Assembly (NCBI RefSeq): GCF_006345805.1
Contig: NW_021833437.1
Span: forward strand, 39,237-103,236
Direction: 5' to 3'
Source: Octopus sinensis
Taxonomy: Eukaryota
Length of the DNA: 64,000 nucleotides
Below the pieces are notes generated by a model. That model saw nothing but the letters and a program-made list of their open reading frames with translations, had not been told where the DNA came from and made no database searches. The translations under genes and the position numbers were made by a program. Positions 14,118-26,523 of the stretch are shown here, piece by piece (position 1 is the first letter of the stretch; each line of letters begins with the position of its first letter).

Positions 14118-14148
14118 GTATGTAAGTATGTATGTATGTATGTATGTA
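12375..14148. repeat. About 1.8 kb (TATG)n tetranucleotide satellite with CATG/TAAG variants
   Basis: Direct reading; gives rise to the MYVC/HTYI pseudo-ORFs. Confidence 0.97.
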
Positions 14149-14326
14149 TTAGAATCTGACGCATCTAAAGAATAACTTTGAACTTCATTTTTCCAACTTT
14201 TCAAACAAATGATTTTCGGAAGGAGTGTCACAATGCAGAATGAAAATACTCGCAAAAATATCAAAATATGATTTGCAGCAAATGCAAGCGATTTGAATGG
14301 TGCAAGAAAAAACGCTAGTAAATACG

Positions 14327-15855
14327 TTACAAGGTCCCATAGTTTTGGGAGAGGGCCAATCGGTTAGATCATCCCCAGTACGCAACTGGTACTTAATTTA
14401 TCGACCCCCGAAAGGATGAAAGTCAAAAGCGACTTCGGTGGAATTTACAAGGTCCCATAGTTTTGGGAGAGGGCCAATCGGTTAGATCATCCCCAGTACG
14501 CAACTGGTACTTAATTTATCGACCCCCGAAAGGATGAAAGTCAAAAGCGACTTCGGTGGAATTTACAAGGTCCCATAGTTTTGGGAGAGGGCCAATCGGT
14601 TAGATCATCCCCAGTACGCAACTGGTACTTAATTTATCGACCCCCAAAGGATGAAAGTCAAAAGCGACTTCGGTGGAATTTACAAGGTCCCATAGTTTTG
14701 GGAGAGGGCCAATCGGTTAGATCATCCCCAGTACGCACTGGTACTTAATTTATCGACCCCCGAAAGGATGAAAGTCAAAAGCGACTTCGGTGGAATTTAC
14801 AAGGTCCCATAGTTTTGGAGAGGGCCAATCGGTTAGATCATCCCCAGTACGCAACTGGTACTTAATTTATCGACCCCCGAAAGGATGAAAGTCAAAAGCG
14901 ACTTCGGTGGAATTTACAAGGTCCCATAGTTTTGGGAGAGGGCCAATCGGTTAGATCATCCCCAGTACGCAACTGGTACTTAATTTATCGACCCCCGAAA
15001 GGATGAAAGTCAAAAGCGACTTCGGTGGAATTTACAAGGTCCCATAGTTTTGGGAGAGGGCCAATCGGTTAGATCATCCCCAGTACGCACTGGTACTTAA
15101 TTTATCGACCCCCCGAAAGATGAAAGTCAAAAGCGACTTCGGTGAATTTACAAGGTCCCATAGTTTTGGGAGAGGGCCAATCGGTTAGATCATCCCCAGT
15201 ACGCAACTGGTACTTAATTTATCGACCCCCGAAAGGATGAAAGTCAAAAGCGACTTCGGTGGAATTTACAAGGTCCCATAGTTTTGGGAGAGGGCCAATC
15301 GGTTAGATCATCCCCAGTACGCAACTGGTACTTAATTTATCGACCCCCGAAAGGATGAAAGTCAAAAGCGACTTCGGTGGAATTTACAAGGTCCCATAGT
15401 TTTGGGAGAGGGCCAATCGGTTAGATCATCCCCAGTACGCAACTGGTACTTAATTTATCGACCCCCGAAAGGATGAAAGTCAAAAGCGACTTCGGTGGAA
15501 TTTACAAGGTCCCATAGTTTTGGGAGAGGGCCAATCGGTTAGATCATCCCCAGTACGCAACTGGTACTTAATTTATCGACCCCCGAAAGGATGAAAGTCA
15601 AAAGCGACTTCGGTGGAATTTACAAGGTCCCATAGTTTTGGGAGAGGGCCATCGGTTAGATCATCCCCAGTACGCAACTGGTACTTAATTTATCGACCCC
15701 CGAAGGATGAAAGTCAAAAGCGACTTCGGTGGATTTAACAAGGTCCCATAGTTTTGGGAGAGGGCCAATCGGTTAGATCATCCCCTGTACGCAACTGGTA
15801 CTTAATTTATCGACCCCCGAAAGGATGAAAGTCAAAAGCGACTTCGGTGGAATTT
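14327..15855. repeat. Tandem array of 13 near-identical 118-bp units derived from a family 2 SINE fragment
   Basis: Units start (ttacaaggtcccatag) at 14327, 14445, 14563, 14680, 14797, 14914, 15032, 15148, 15266, 15384, 15502, 15620 and about 15736; the last unit continues into SINE sequence (ctcagaacataa). Confidence 0.97.
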
Positions 15856-16690
15856 GTGCTCAGAACATAAAGAGAGACGAGAAAATAAGTTACATATCTA
15901 TCTATCTCTTATTGGCGTCAGCAGAACATGTGATACCTTCATCTACATACATGGCCGAGAATTCTACGGTTTCCTATATATCGGAGGCAATGAATTCTCA
16001 TAGAAGCACTGTGCTTCCTTCGATTAGACGTTATTGAAAAAGCTCAAAAATGGCGAAATGCAGTCAAGTTCTCGCCGGCTGCTTTTGGTGCGATTTTCCG
16101 TCTCCGTCAGATATGTAGTATTTTAACACAGATCGTCCATAAGAAGTGTTACTGATCTATGACTATACATATACAATAAATATGGCATATAAATTGCGTT
16201 AGAAATATTTGGTTAATTACATGGTTAGATGCTCTCCTAAGTGTTTGAGTCGATGTACGCGTTGTTACGATTTCTTTTAAAACGGATGGTTTAGTAAGTG
16301 ATAAAACGTTTTTGTTATGTACTTATCTGAAAGAGAGTCTGTAACTCTATAAATAAACAATTTAGAAGAAACGGTGATATAACTTATTCCGAATTAAAGC
16401 ATGAAAACATCAGACGATTTCGCACGCTTATAGGTGTATTTATGTTTTGTACTTAAAGCTAAATGTCTGTATACCTGATACGTTTTCTAACAGATGCTTT
16501 AGGAAGGGGTGGCACAGAATGGAATCTTTACAGTTGAATTATCCCTCCGAGATGTATTTGTAAATACTTTTATCTACAAGTTGTCACATTATTTCAGAAG
16601 TTTAAATAATTGTAATCAAAAATCACATAGGAAAGATATAAGAAGCTTTATAATGCTAATATTATACAAATGCAGTACAATCAAGTCATA

Positions 16691-17103
16691 TACTCTCTTT
16701 TACTCTTTACTCTTTTACTTGTTTCAGTCATTTGACTGTGGCCATGCTGGAGCACCGCTTTAGTCGAGCAAATCGATCTCAGGACTTATTCTTTGTAAGC
16801 CTAGTATTTATTCTATCGGTAAATTTTTCCGAACCGCTAAGTTACTGGGACGCAAACACACAAGAATCGGTTGTCAAGTGATGTTGAGGGGACAAATACA
16901 GACACACAAACACACATATACATATATATACATATATACGACGGGTTTCTTTCAGTTTACGTCTACCAAATCCACTCACAAGGCTTTGGTCGGTCTGAGG
17001 CTATAGTAGAAGACACTTGCCCAAGGTGTCACGCAGTGGGACTGAACCCGGATCCATGTGGTTGATAAGCAAGCTACTTACCACACATCCGCACCTGCGC
17101 CTA
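16691..17103 (-). mobile_element. SINE family 1, full length
   Basis: Same head, body and tail as 5568-5940. Confidence 0.9.
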
Positions 17104-17134
17104 TATATAGACAAAGCATACTTATCCATATGTG

Positions 17135-17210
<76 letters not shown>

Positions 17211-17224
17211 CTTTGTCATATATG

Positions 17225-17451
17225 CTTTTGGTAAAATTTGATGTAGAGTCTCTGCTCAACTTTGTCATGGTCAATGCGAAGATCACGCGCTATACGCCTT
17301 CTTTCCAAGCTGTAGGCAGTAGATGTGAGCTAGAAAGTTCAAACTTAATGCTCAGCGGAGTTCAAAGTTAATCTATGCCCAGCGGCTTCACTCTGCATGC
17401 TTTAGGTTCATAACTATGGCAACAGACCGGATACTTATTGATCAAACAACG
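17225..17451 (-). mobile_element. 5' end of a mariner-like element (TIR plus transposase N-terminus)
   Basis: Minus strand: TA followed by cgttgtttgatcaataagtatccgg (mariner-like TIR), then VEQRLYIKFYQK, similar to the mariner N-terminal EQRxxIKFC motif. Confidence 0.65.
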
Positions 17452-17476
17452 TATATAAAGATATATGCATTTATGA

Positions 17477-17532
<56 letters not shown>

Positions 17533-17713
17533 GCATAAATACAGTGTAGATTTATATGAATAATATATAATGTATTATTTATAAGATATATGTATTTATA
17601 TGAATAATATATAGTCTATTGACTAAATTTTTACACGGTAGGCCACTGGCAATAGAAATTTCTAATATTTCAGATTACCCTTTGATATTATGAATTATCT
17701 ATCTATCTATATC

Positions 17714-17745
<32 letters not shown>

Positions 17746-17749
17746 ATAT

Positions 17750-17783
<34 letters not shown>

Positions 17784-18010
17784 CATACAAATATATATAT
17801 AATTATTCAAACACACACATACATCTATATGTTTACATATATATAAATATACAGTAGCTGTTCTCAATATATGTATATACGATTATACATGTATATATGT
17901 ACATATACATCATATACACGTACGTATACATAACTAAATGTACAAATGTAATTATATGCCATGTACATACATACATACATACATACTTACATGCGCGTAT
18001 GCATAAAATT

Positions 18011-18135
18011 TAATTCGGTTAGGTGAAGCCAGCTGATTGAAACGAATATTTCGCACGTGGTACAAAGATGAAACAGGTGCCTATCATGTGTGGAAAATTT
18101 ACTTTCAGACCAGCTGCTTTCAGTTAACCGAATTA
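18011..18135 (+). ncRNA. Candidate structured RNA: long imperfect hairpin (pre-miRNA-like or decayed MITE)
   Basis: taattcggtta...taaccgaatta termini; about 50-bp stem with about 7 G:U pairs on the plus strand; 19-nt loop. Confidence 0.35.
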
Positions 18136-18301
18136 CATGATGCATCCTCCACCGGCTTACAACACTTTACATATGTGTGCGCTTGTACGATCGTGTAGAT
18201 ATATATATATGTGTGTGCTGTGTGAGTGTGTGTGTGTTGTGTGTATGTGTGTGTGTGTGTATGTGTGTGTATGTGCATGTTCGTGTGTGTATGTATGTGC
18301 G

Positions 18302-18361
<60 letters not shown>

Positions 18362-18500
18362 CTACTTAGGACGCATGTCCTAGAGGTATATATATATATA
18401 TGTGTGTGCTGTGTGTGTGTGTGCTTTGTGTAGGTGTGTATGTGCGTGTTCGTGTGTGTATGCATGTGCGTATATATATATATATATATATATAGATGTG

Positions 18501-18546
<46 letters not shown>

Positions 18547-18562
18547 ATATGCATATATACTA

Positions 18563-18850
18563 CTGAGGACGCATGTCCTAGTGGTTAGTGTATTGCACTC
18601 ATGATCGCGAGATTGTGGTTTCACTTCCTAGACCGGATGGTGCGTTGTGCAAAATACTTTATCTCACGTTACTCTGCGATCACTCCGACATGGTACACTT
18701 ATGCACCTGTTCAGAAACCGTCGATTTTATACAAGGAGTGAGCTAAAGTACAGCACATACATTTATTCACTGTAAACAATCCGTTTGTGCAGGTCGTTAC
18801 GTAAAATCTGAACTCTTATACATCATCTTCGTTCGACGAGAGAGATGCAA
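18563..18850 (+). mobile_element. tRNA-derived SINE related to 3558-3852
   Basis: ctagtggttagtgtattgcactcatgatcgcgagattgtggtttc head; similar body. Confidence 0.65.
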
Positions 18851-18977
18851 TCACGTATAGTAGTTTGCACTATAAGCATACGGTCCGAAATATTGGAGGA
18901 GTGAACTAGACCATTACATCAACCCCAGTGCATGTTGACTTCACAAACATGTATAATATATACGTATTATATATTAG

Positions 18978-19200
18978 GGCGGCGAGCTGGCAGAAACGTT
19001 AGCACGCCGGGCGAAATGCGCAGCCGTATTTCGTCTGCCGTTACGTTCTGAGTTCAAATTCCGCCGAGGCCGACTTTGACTTTCATCCTTTCGGTGTCGA
19101 TTAAATAAGTACCAGTTACGCACTGGGGTCGATGTAATCGACTTAATCCCTTTGTCTGTCCTTGTTTGTCCCCTCTATGTTTAGTCCCCTGTGGGCAATA
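18978..19200 (+). mobile_element. Nin-domain-like SINE family 2, full length
   Basis: ggcggcgagctggcagaaacgttagc...gagttcaaattcc tRNA head, then tttcatcctttcgg.gtcgattaaataagtaccag. Confidence 0.9.
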
Positions 19201-19774
19201 TAAAATATAATATATACGTATATACATATACACGCATACATATATACACATATATCACTATGTATGTATATATGTATGTATATATGTATGTACTTTTATA
19301 TCTGTCCAGCATTTTAATGGCAAGCGGATAATCCCAACTTATTTAATCTGATCCGATCGAATATGGACTGCTTTGATTCTAATCTTTTTATATGTTGGCA
19401 CATTATGCTATATGCATTTATATATATATCCTATTTCACACTGCATTAAATAGTAGATTATATCCTGTCAATGCATTACCTACAACTTAACATTATATTT
19501 ATAAAGGTAACCACATCTGTGGTCTCCCTCTTGACTGCTTCCTATGGTTTGATATTATATATTTTAATGTTACAAAAACAAAATCCGAAGCCACAAACAA
19601 GAAACGAGTCACTGCAAAAGTGTTTCACATTTGATATGACATAATGACACGTAAATTTTCAATATGGAGAAACATAGACTATCGATGGGCTACATGTATG
19701 TGTGTGTCTGTCTGCGTGTCTGTGTGTGTGTCTGCGTGTCTGTGTGTGTGTCTGCGTGTCTGTGTAAGTGTGTC

Positions 19775-19970
19775 TGTGTGTTTGTCACCCCTCCATCGCT
19801 TGACAACCGCTGTTGGTATGTTTATGTCAGTTTGGCAAAAATGATCGAAAGATTAAAGACCAGGCTTAAAGCCCAAACTACTGGACTCGATACATTCCAC
19901 TACAAATTCTTCAAGGTAGTGACCCAGCATGGCTGCACTCTAATGACAGAAACAATAAAACGATAAAAGA
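19775..19970 (+). mobile_element. SINE family 1, 3' half (decayed)
   Basis: catcgcttgacaaccg...ccagcatggctgca...gaaacaataaaa. Confidence 0.7.
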
Positions 19971-20224
19971 TATATAGTTAAATAGTGGTTAAACGTCCAT
20001 ACAAATCAAAATTTATGGTTAAAAATGTAAATTAAATTGGAAAAGGCACAACAGAATATTTTAGAGAGGAGTAATAGTTTTGTTGCGTCTTATCAAATAT
20101 TAAATAAGAATTTTTTAGTAAGTCAAATTTGGACTTAACAGCTTGTACCCATGATTTGATACATGTGTGTGCATGTGTGTGTGTGTATCATGTTGAATCG
20201 TTAGTCCCTACATATATTTTCTCC

Positions 20225-20400
20225 GTTATTTCGGTTTTCGTTCTCTCTCCAGTTTTTTTCCGCTAATTCCTTTGTATCGAAGAGCGTCGGCTTGAAATAT
20301 CAAACACTTTTCCATTATTCCCGAGCATCAAACTAATAATACACCGGCTTGTTGTTCCTACACTTAACATCGTCTTTTGTTTTCTGTAAATTTGGATTCT
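20225..20400 (+). repeat. Short Penelope-pLTR-like repeat with minimal hammerhead-like motif (copy 1)
   Basis: Similar to 53640-53790 (+) and 58500-58690 (-); contains agagcgtcggcttgaaatatc. Confidence 0.6.
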
Positions 20401-20424
20401 ATATGGAAAGAGACAAAACAAGCG

Positions 20425-20629
20425 TTGATGGGGGTGCAAACACAGACATATAGATATATATACACGACGGGCTTCTTTCAGTTTCCGTGTAACAAATCCA
20501 CTCACAAGATTTTCGTAGGCCTGAAGCTATAGAACAAGACCCTTGCCCAAGGTGACACTCAGTAGGACTGAACCCGGAACCATGAGGTTGGGAAACAAGC
20601 TTCTTACCACATAGCCACATCTGCGCCTA
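20425..20629 (-). mobile_element. SINE family 1, 5' half
   Basis: cgacgggcttctttcagtttccg...ttgcccaaggtg...ttaccacatagccac. Confidence 0.85.
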
Positions 20630-20852
20630 ATTTGATCGTCACTAATGGTGACAGAGGGTGATCAATAGCACCGATATACCAAGAACTAACAGTTAAAATC
20701 CTTAATGCAGTATGAAGCGCACAACATATATATGTATTTATATACATTGATGTGGGAGATACACTAGCACAGGACTCGTTTATCAGTTATAGATTGAAAC
20801 ATATAGAAGAATAGATAACAGATAGTTACAGATAGATAGACAGATAGATAGA

Positions 20853-20980
20853 TAAGTTTCTTTATTGGCCACACAGGGCTGCACACAGATGGGACAAGTT
20901 ACAAGGTAGAGCTTTTCTTTTGGGGATGAAAAAAAGGGGGTGGCGTAGGTTTTCGATCAAGAGGGATCGTAAAAGGGAAG
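20853..20980 (-). mobile_element. 5'-truncated retroelement 3' end inserted in (GATA)n
   Basis: Minus strand ends ...gtggccAATAAAgaaactt followed by (ATCT)n, and is preceded by a T-rich tract; family not identified. Confidence 0.4.
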
Positions 20981-21115
20981 AAAAGAACAAAAAAAAATAG
21001 AATAAAAAATAAAAAGAATAAAAGAGAAAAAAAGAAAAAAGAAAGGGAAAAGAACAAAAGAAAAGAGAAATGAAAAAAGAAGAAAAAGGGGGGAAAAAAG
21101 GGGAAGAGGAAAAAA

Positions 21116-21146
<31 letters not shown>

Positions 21147-21443
21147 CTCATGGACAGGTCCACACAAGGCCTTACAATGCCATATTATCGACATAAAAGC
21201 AAAAATTCTGACCATCTTGTATTTGTCTTAGAGGGTTTACATCCCTGCGGTAGGTTTCATTGTTGATTTATTTTTACTAATAAAGATTTGCTGTTGCGGT
21301 CAGCTGGGATTTGTAGCTTGTTGTTTGTCATTTTTCAATTTTTAAGATATATTACATATTAATATATATATGTATATATTATATATATTATTATACTATA
21401 TATATAACAAAAATCTATCTACACTATCTATGTCGTATCTACT

Positions 21444-21495
<52 letters not shown>

Positions 21496-21526
21496 GTATC
21501 TATCTATCTATCTATCTATTCTATAT

Positions 21527-21568
<42 letters not shown>

Positions 21569-21658
21569 TATACATCTACACGTACATAACATACACAAGC
21601 ATACAACACAGATATGTATTCATGTATGCAAGAAAAAATACATGCCTATATATATATA

Positions 21659-21689
<31 letters not shown>

Positions 21690-21757
21690 GATATATATAA
21701 TGGGACCATATTGTGTCTTTCTCTTCAGGAAGAAAAAGGAAATCCGTTGGAAAACAA

Positions 21758-21816
21758 AAACAGAACAGAGGCGGAGCACAGTTCGATTTGTTTTTTGCTC
21801 CGCCTCTGTTCTGTTT
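21758..21816. repeat. Perfect 21-bp inverted repeat (17-nt loop) at the end of a short insert in (TA)n
   Basis: aaacagaacagaggcggagca (21758-21778) / tgctccgcctctgttctgttt (21796-21816). Confidence 0.9.
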
Positions 21817-22179
21817 ATATATATATTATATATATATATATTATATCATACACACAGACACACACATACACTCACATATGTATGCATATTTTTATGTCTT
21901 TGCGAGTTGTTGCCTTCCATCTTCCTTTGTTCCTTCATCCTTATTAAATATATACATATGTACACATGCATTCCCACATACATATACACACACTCAAGCA
22001 GCAAACACATGTTTACACACACACACGTACACACACAAACATACATGCACTCACACACATGGACGCAGAAGCAACTTTTCTTCTATTTATTTCGTTTTTG
22101 TGTCTTTCATTCTAAATTAATTCTACATTTGCAACAAGAAAGCTCTATCAGTAGGTTATGAAAATGCGAGAGGTGCTGA

Positions 22180-22196
22180 TAGACAGACGGACGGAC

Positions 22197-22241
<45 letters not shown>

Positions 22242-22304
22242 TAGATAGATGATAGATATGGATGGATGGATGGATGGATGGATGGATGGATGATGGATGG
22301 ATAG

Positions 22305-22353
<49 letters not shown>

Positions 22354-22708
22354 GTAGGTAGGTAGGTAGATAAATAGATATAAGACAGATAGACAGACAC
22401 ACAGATATATATATATAGATAGATAGATAGAAAGATAGATAGATAAATAATAGATAGAAAGATAGATAGATAAATAGATAGATAGATAGATATATACATA
22501 CATACATACATGCATACATACATACATACATGCATACATACATACATACATACATACATACATACATGCATACATACATACATGCATACATACATACATA
22601 CATACATACATACATACATACATACATACATGCATGCATGCATACATACATACATACATACATACATACATACATGCATGCATGCATACATACATACATA
22701 CATACATG

Positions 22709-22740
<32 letters not shown>

Positions 22741-22820
22741 CATACATACATGCATACATACATACATACATACATACATACATACATACATACATACATA
22801 CATACATACATACATAGGTA
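22180..22820. repeat. (GATA)n/(GGAT)n/(CATA)n compound microsatellite
   Basis: Direct reading. Confidence 0.95.
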
Positions 22821-23254
22821 GATTAAATAAAGAGAGACAGAAAGAGGGGGAAGCGGCAAAAGAAAGTTTGGTCAGGGGCAAAAAGATTATAATTGAATGA
22901 AAGTGATAGACCGTGGTCGTGTGTTTTCTGTCTTGGTTCATTGTTAAGAGAAGAAAGGAAACTGAGAGAGAAAGCGAGAGAGAGAGAAATGAGAAGAGGG
23001 AGAGAGAGAGAGAGAGAAAGAGGATAGTGCGTGTGCGCATGTGCATGTATGTCTCTACGTATGTCTAAGTGTGTGTGTGTGAATGTGTGAGGTCTTATGT
23101 GGGCTATACAGAAAGAAGATAATAAATAAGGTGTGGGGTTTATTGATATTATGTGCGAGTAATAAACCCTATTTGTGCAAGAGATATCGGCCGGAATAAT
23201 TACACCGCAGCCAATAGAAACGATAACTAAATAAATACATAAATAAAAATCATA

Positions 23255-23462
23255 ACGATAATAATGATGATGATGCTCATCATCATCATCATCATCGTCA
23301 TGACCATCAATATCATCATCATGTAAATATAAATAATAATAATAATAATAACAACAAAACACAACATAATAATTATAATAATAATAATAATAATTAATAA
23401 TAATGAAATAATAATAATAAAAATAATAATAATAAAATGATAATGATAATAATAATAATAAT

Positions 23463-23494
<32 letters not shown>

Positions 23495-23506
23495 TAATGA
23501 ATGATG

Positions 23507-23589
<83 letters not shown>

Positions 23590-23840
23590 AGAAGACACTC
23601 GGCGAGCAATGGAAGAAAATGTGAAGAAAGAAGGAAAAAAATAATAATAAAGATAATAATAATTATAATGGTAATAATAATAATGATGATGATGATGATG
23701 ATGATGATGATACAGAATACACTCGGCGAAAAATGGAAGAAAATTTGAAGAAGAAAAAAAAAAATAATGGCAATGATGTTGATGATAATGATGATGATGA
23801 TGATGATGATAACAACAACAACAACATTAATAATAATGTT
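23255..23840. repeat. (AAT)n/(GAT)n/(CAT)n microsatellite
   Basis: Direct reading. Confidence 0.9.
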
Positions 23841-24477
23841 GATAAAGCCATAGAAAAACATTGTGAAACGCGAAGATGGTATTAATTCCACAGCTTATTG
23901 GAGAGTGACACTTTTTGCGTCCATTGGTCATTTATACAAGAGAGGATAAAAAATGAGGTGAGATAAGGAACGAGAATTGAAGAAAACAAAAAATGCATAT
24001 ATATATATATAACAAATAAAAAAGAATACAGAAAAGATGTGAAATGAAGTTGATAGGGAATCAATGAATAGAGGAATTTACCAAAATGGTTTGTATGCAT
24101 GAAGACACAGATGTGAATGTGTGTGAGCGTATGTATGTATGTGTGTGTGTGTGTGTGTGTGTTGTGTGAATGTGATATCTGTTTATTTGCGAAATTGCTT
24201 ACACCACTGAGAAGCAACCCCAATCTGCATGGAATTAAGTCACCAGCAGTTAGTTCTGGCAAATTTTCAAAAGGTGACCTTACTTACTTGCATACGTACT
24301 TAGAGATCCGCATGCGTACGGAAAGATATAGTGTCTGACATACATAGATATATATATACATTTGCCAGATAATGCGTTCTTGCACATCCATGCATATATA
24401 CTTACTACTACATATATATATACATACAAAAATACATACATATGTACTTAACTATTATAATATATAGTATATATATA

Positions 24478-24508
<31 letters not shown>

Positions 24509-24820
24509 CTATATATATATATTATATATATATGTATATACATATATGTATGTAGGTACATATATACACAATATTATTGCATATATGTATAATATATATA
24601 TATATGTATATATAAATATATGTGTGTGTGTGTATATAATATATATATATATAATACATAATTCATACATACAAAGATGCACACATAAAAAATACATTTC
24701 TGATTGCATACAACCTACCTATATAGTCACAAAGTCACACACACACAGAGGCACGCACACATATACACGCGCATATATATGTTATATATATATATATGTT
24801 TGTATATATATATATGTTTG

Positions 24821-24884
<64 letters not shown>

Positions 24885-24915
24885 AATATATATGTATATA
24901 TATATATATATATAC

Positions 24916-25018
24916 CATAAGGGACTAAAGCCATCTGAATATGGCTAGGGACAGGGCAGGGTGGTGGGGGTGTTACTGCTCTGTCCCTAGCATATTCAGA
25001 TGGCTTTAGTCCCTTATG
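24916..25018. repeat. Near-perfect 43-bp fold-back inside (TA)n
   Basis: cataagggactaaagccatctgaatatg(g)ctagggacagggcag / ctgctctgtccctagcatattcagatggctttagtcccttatg, 16-nt loop. Confidence 0.92.
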
Positions 25019-25342
25019 TTATCGAGCAGTTACTGTCTATATCTCTTTTAGAGAGTATTATTGCTAATATATATATATATATATATATATTATGTTATAT
25101 ATATATATATATGTATATATAGTTTAAGTATATATATGTTTATGTATATATATATATATATATTATATATATATATATATATATGTACGGCGGTGCATCA
25201 GCATGGCCGCAGTTCTGAGCTGAAACGAGAAATATATATATATATGTATATATAAATATATGTAAGTATATATATACATATGTATATATAGTATATATAC
25301 ACACACATTCATGCACACACACACACATAACACACGCATACG

Positions 25343-25387
<45 letters not shown>

Positions 25388-25971
25388 CTCACCTACAAGT
25401 TTAATAGTACTGATATGTGTGCATGTACGTGTAATTGTGATTATGCGTGTTTTCGTGTGTTTTGATCGGATTAAGAAGCTGTTGCAACCAATAAATTCTT
25501 GCAAGCTACACATATTACAGGACAACTGTAGCGTCCACCATTAACCATTCCGTAAATTGGGTAGAACAAGAAAACATCGGTGCAACGCAATAACAATTCC
25601 GATTCTTTATATGTTTGTATTTTGTTATAATTATGTTTTCCTCTGTGTTTTTTTTATTTGTTTGTATGTGTTTATTTGTTGTTTATTGATCTGTATTGTT
25701 ATCTATTATGTTATTGTGCTCCAGGTGAGATGCTTCGTTCTTTTTTTATTAGTTTTTTAGGGTTTTTTTCTTTTTCTTTTTGTATATCCCTGTCACTATA
25801 AGCATGTGTTTTCTTGCAAATTCGTGCCTAAGTGTAAACAGTATGTGTACACAGAAACGAAACGCATGCACATACGCACATGCACATACCAGCTAGCTCG
25901 CTCGTATATAAAATCAAACACACTATACATATATACATATACACTCACACACACACACACCACAACACACG

Positions 25972-26019
<48 letters not shown>

Positions 26020-26523
26020 TATTTATATGTATACTATATATTTGTATATATATATATAGATTTATGTCTGTGTGTATATTATATAAGTATTATCAAATGA
26101 AAGATGTCTCTAACCTATCGAAGACTGAACGATGAAACCCCAAAAGAAGTAAATATATGATTCAGTGTACAAATAATTATTATACGGAAGCCAAATTACG
26201 TTATACATATATAGGTATAGACTGATTCAACATAGGTACTTTTATATATATATATATGCATACATGCATCTTTTATATACATATATATTTTTTGTGTGCG
26301 TATGTCTATTTGTGTGTGTGTGTATTTGTCTGTGAATGTGTTTGTGTATATGTGTGCGTGTGTTTGAATAGCTGAATCAGCGGAAAGCGCTTAACATGAA
26401 AACTCCCTTCCATAAGGTGTATGTCATTTTGTTTCTTAACTATATATTTTATATAAATGCATGTATATCTGTATATGTCAGTTCATTCACTGAGAATTGA
26501 TGAACTAGAGAATCCAGTATGTT

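Noticed and set aside
12331-14264. Long ORFs up to 416 aa (HTYI/MYVC repeats)
   Set aside because: Translations of (TATG)n; the same applies to the YIYI, LSIY and CVCV ORFs throughout the window.
14327-15855. CRISPR-like array
   Set aside because: Units are identical over their whole length with no unique spacers; there are no cas genes; the unit is SINE-derived.
18978-19065. tRNA gene (also the heads at 33406, 35323 and 51661)
   Set aside because: Each tRNA-like head continues into a SINE body, some with TSDs.
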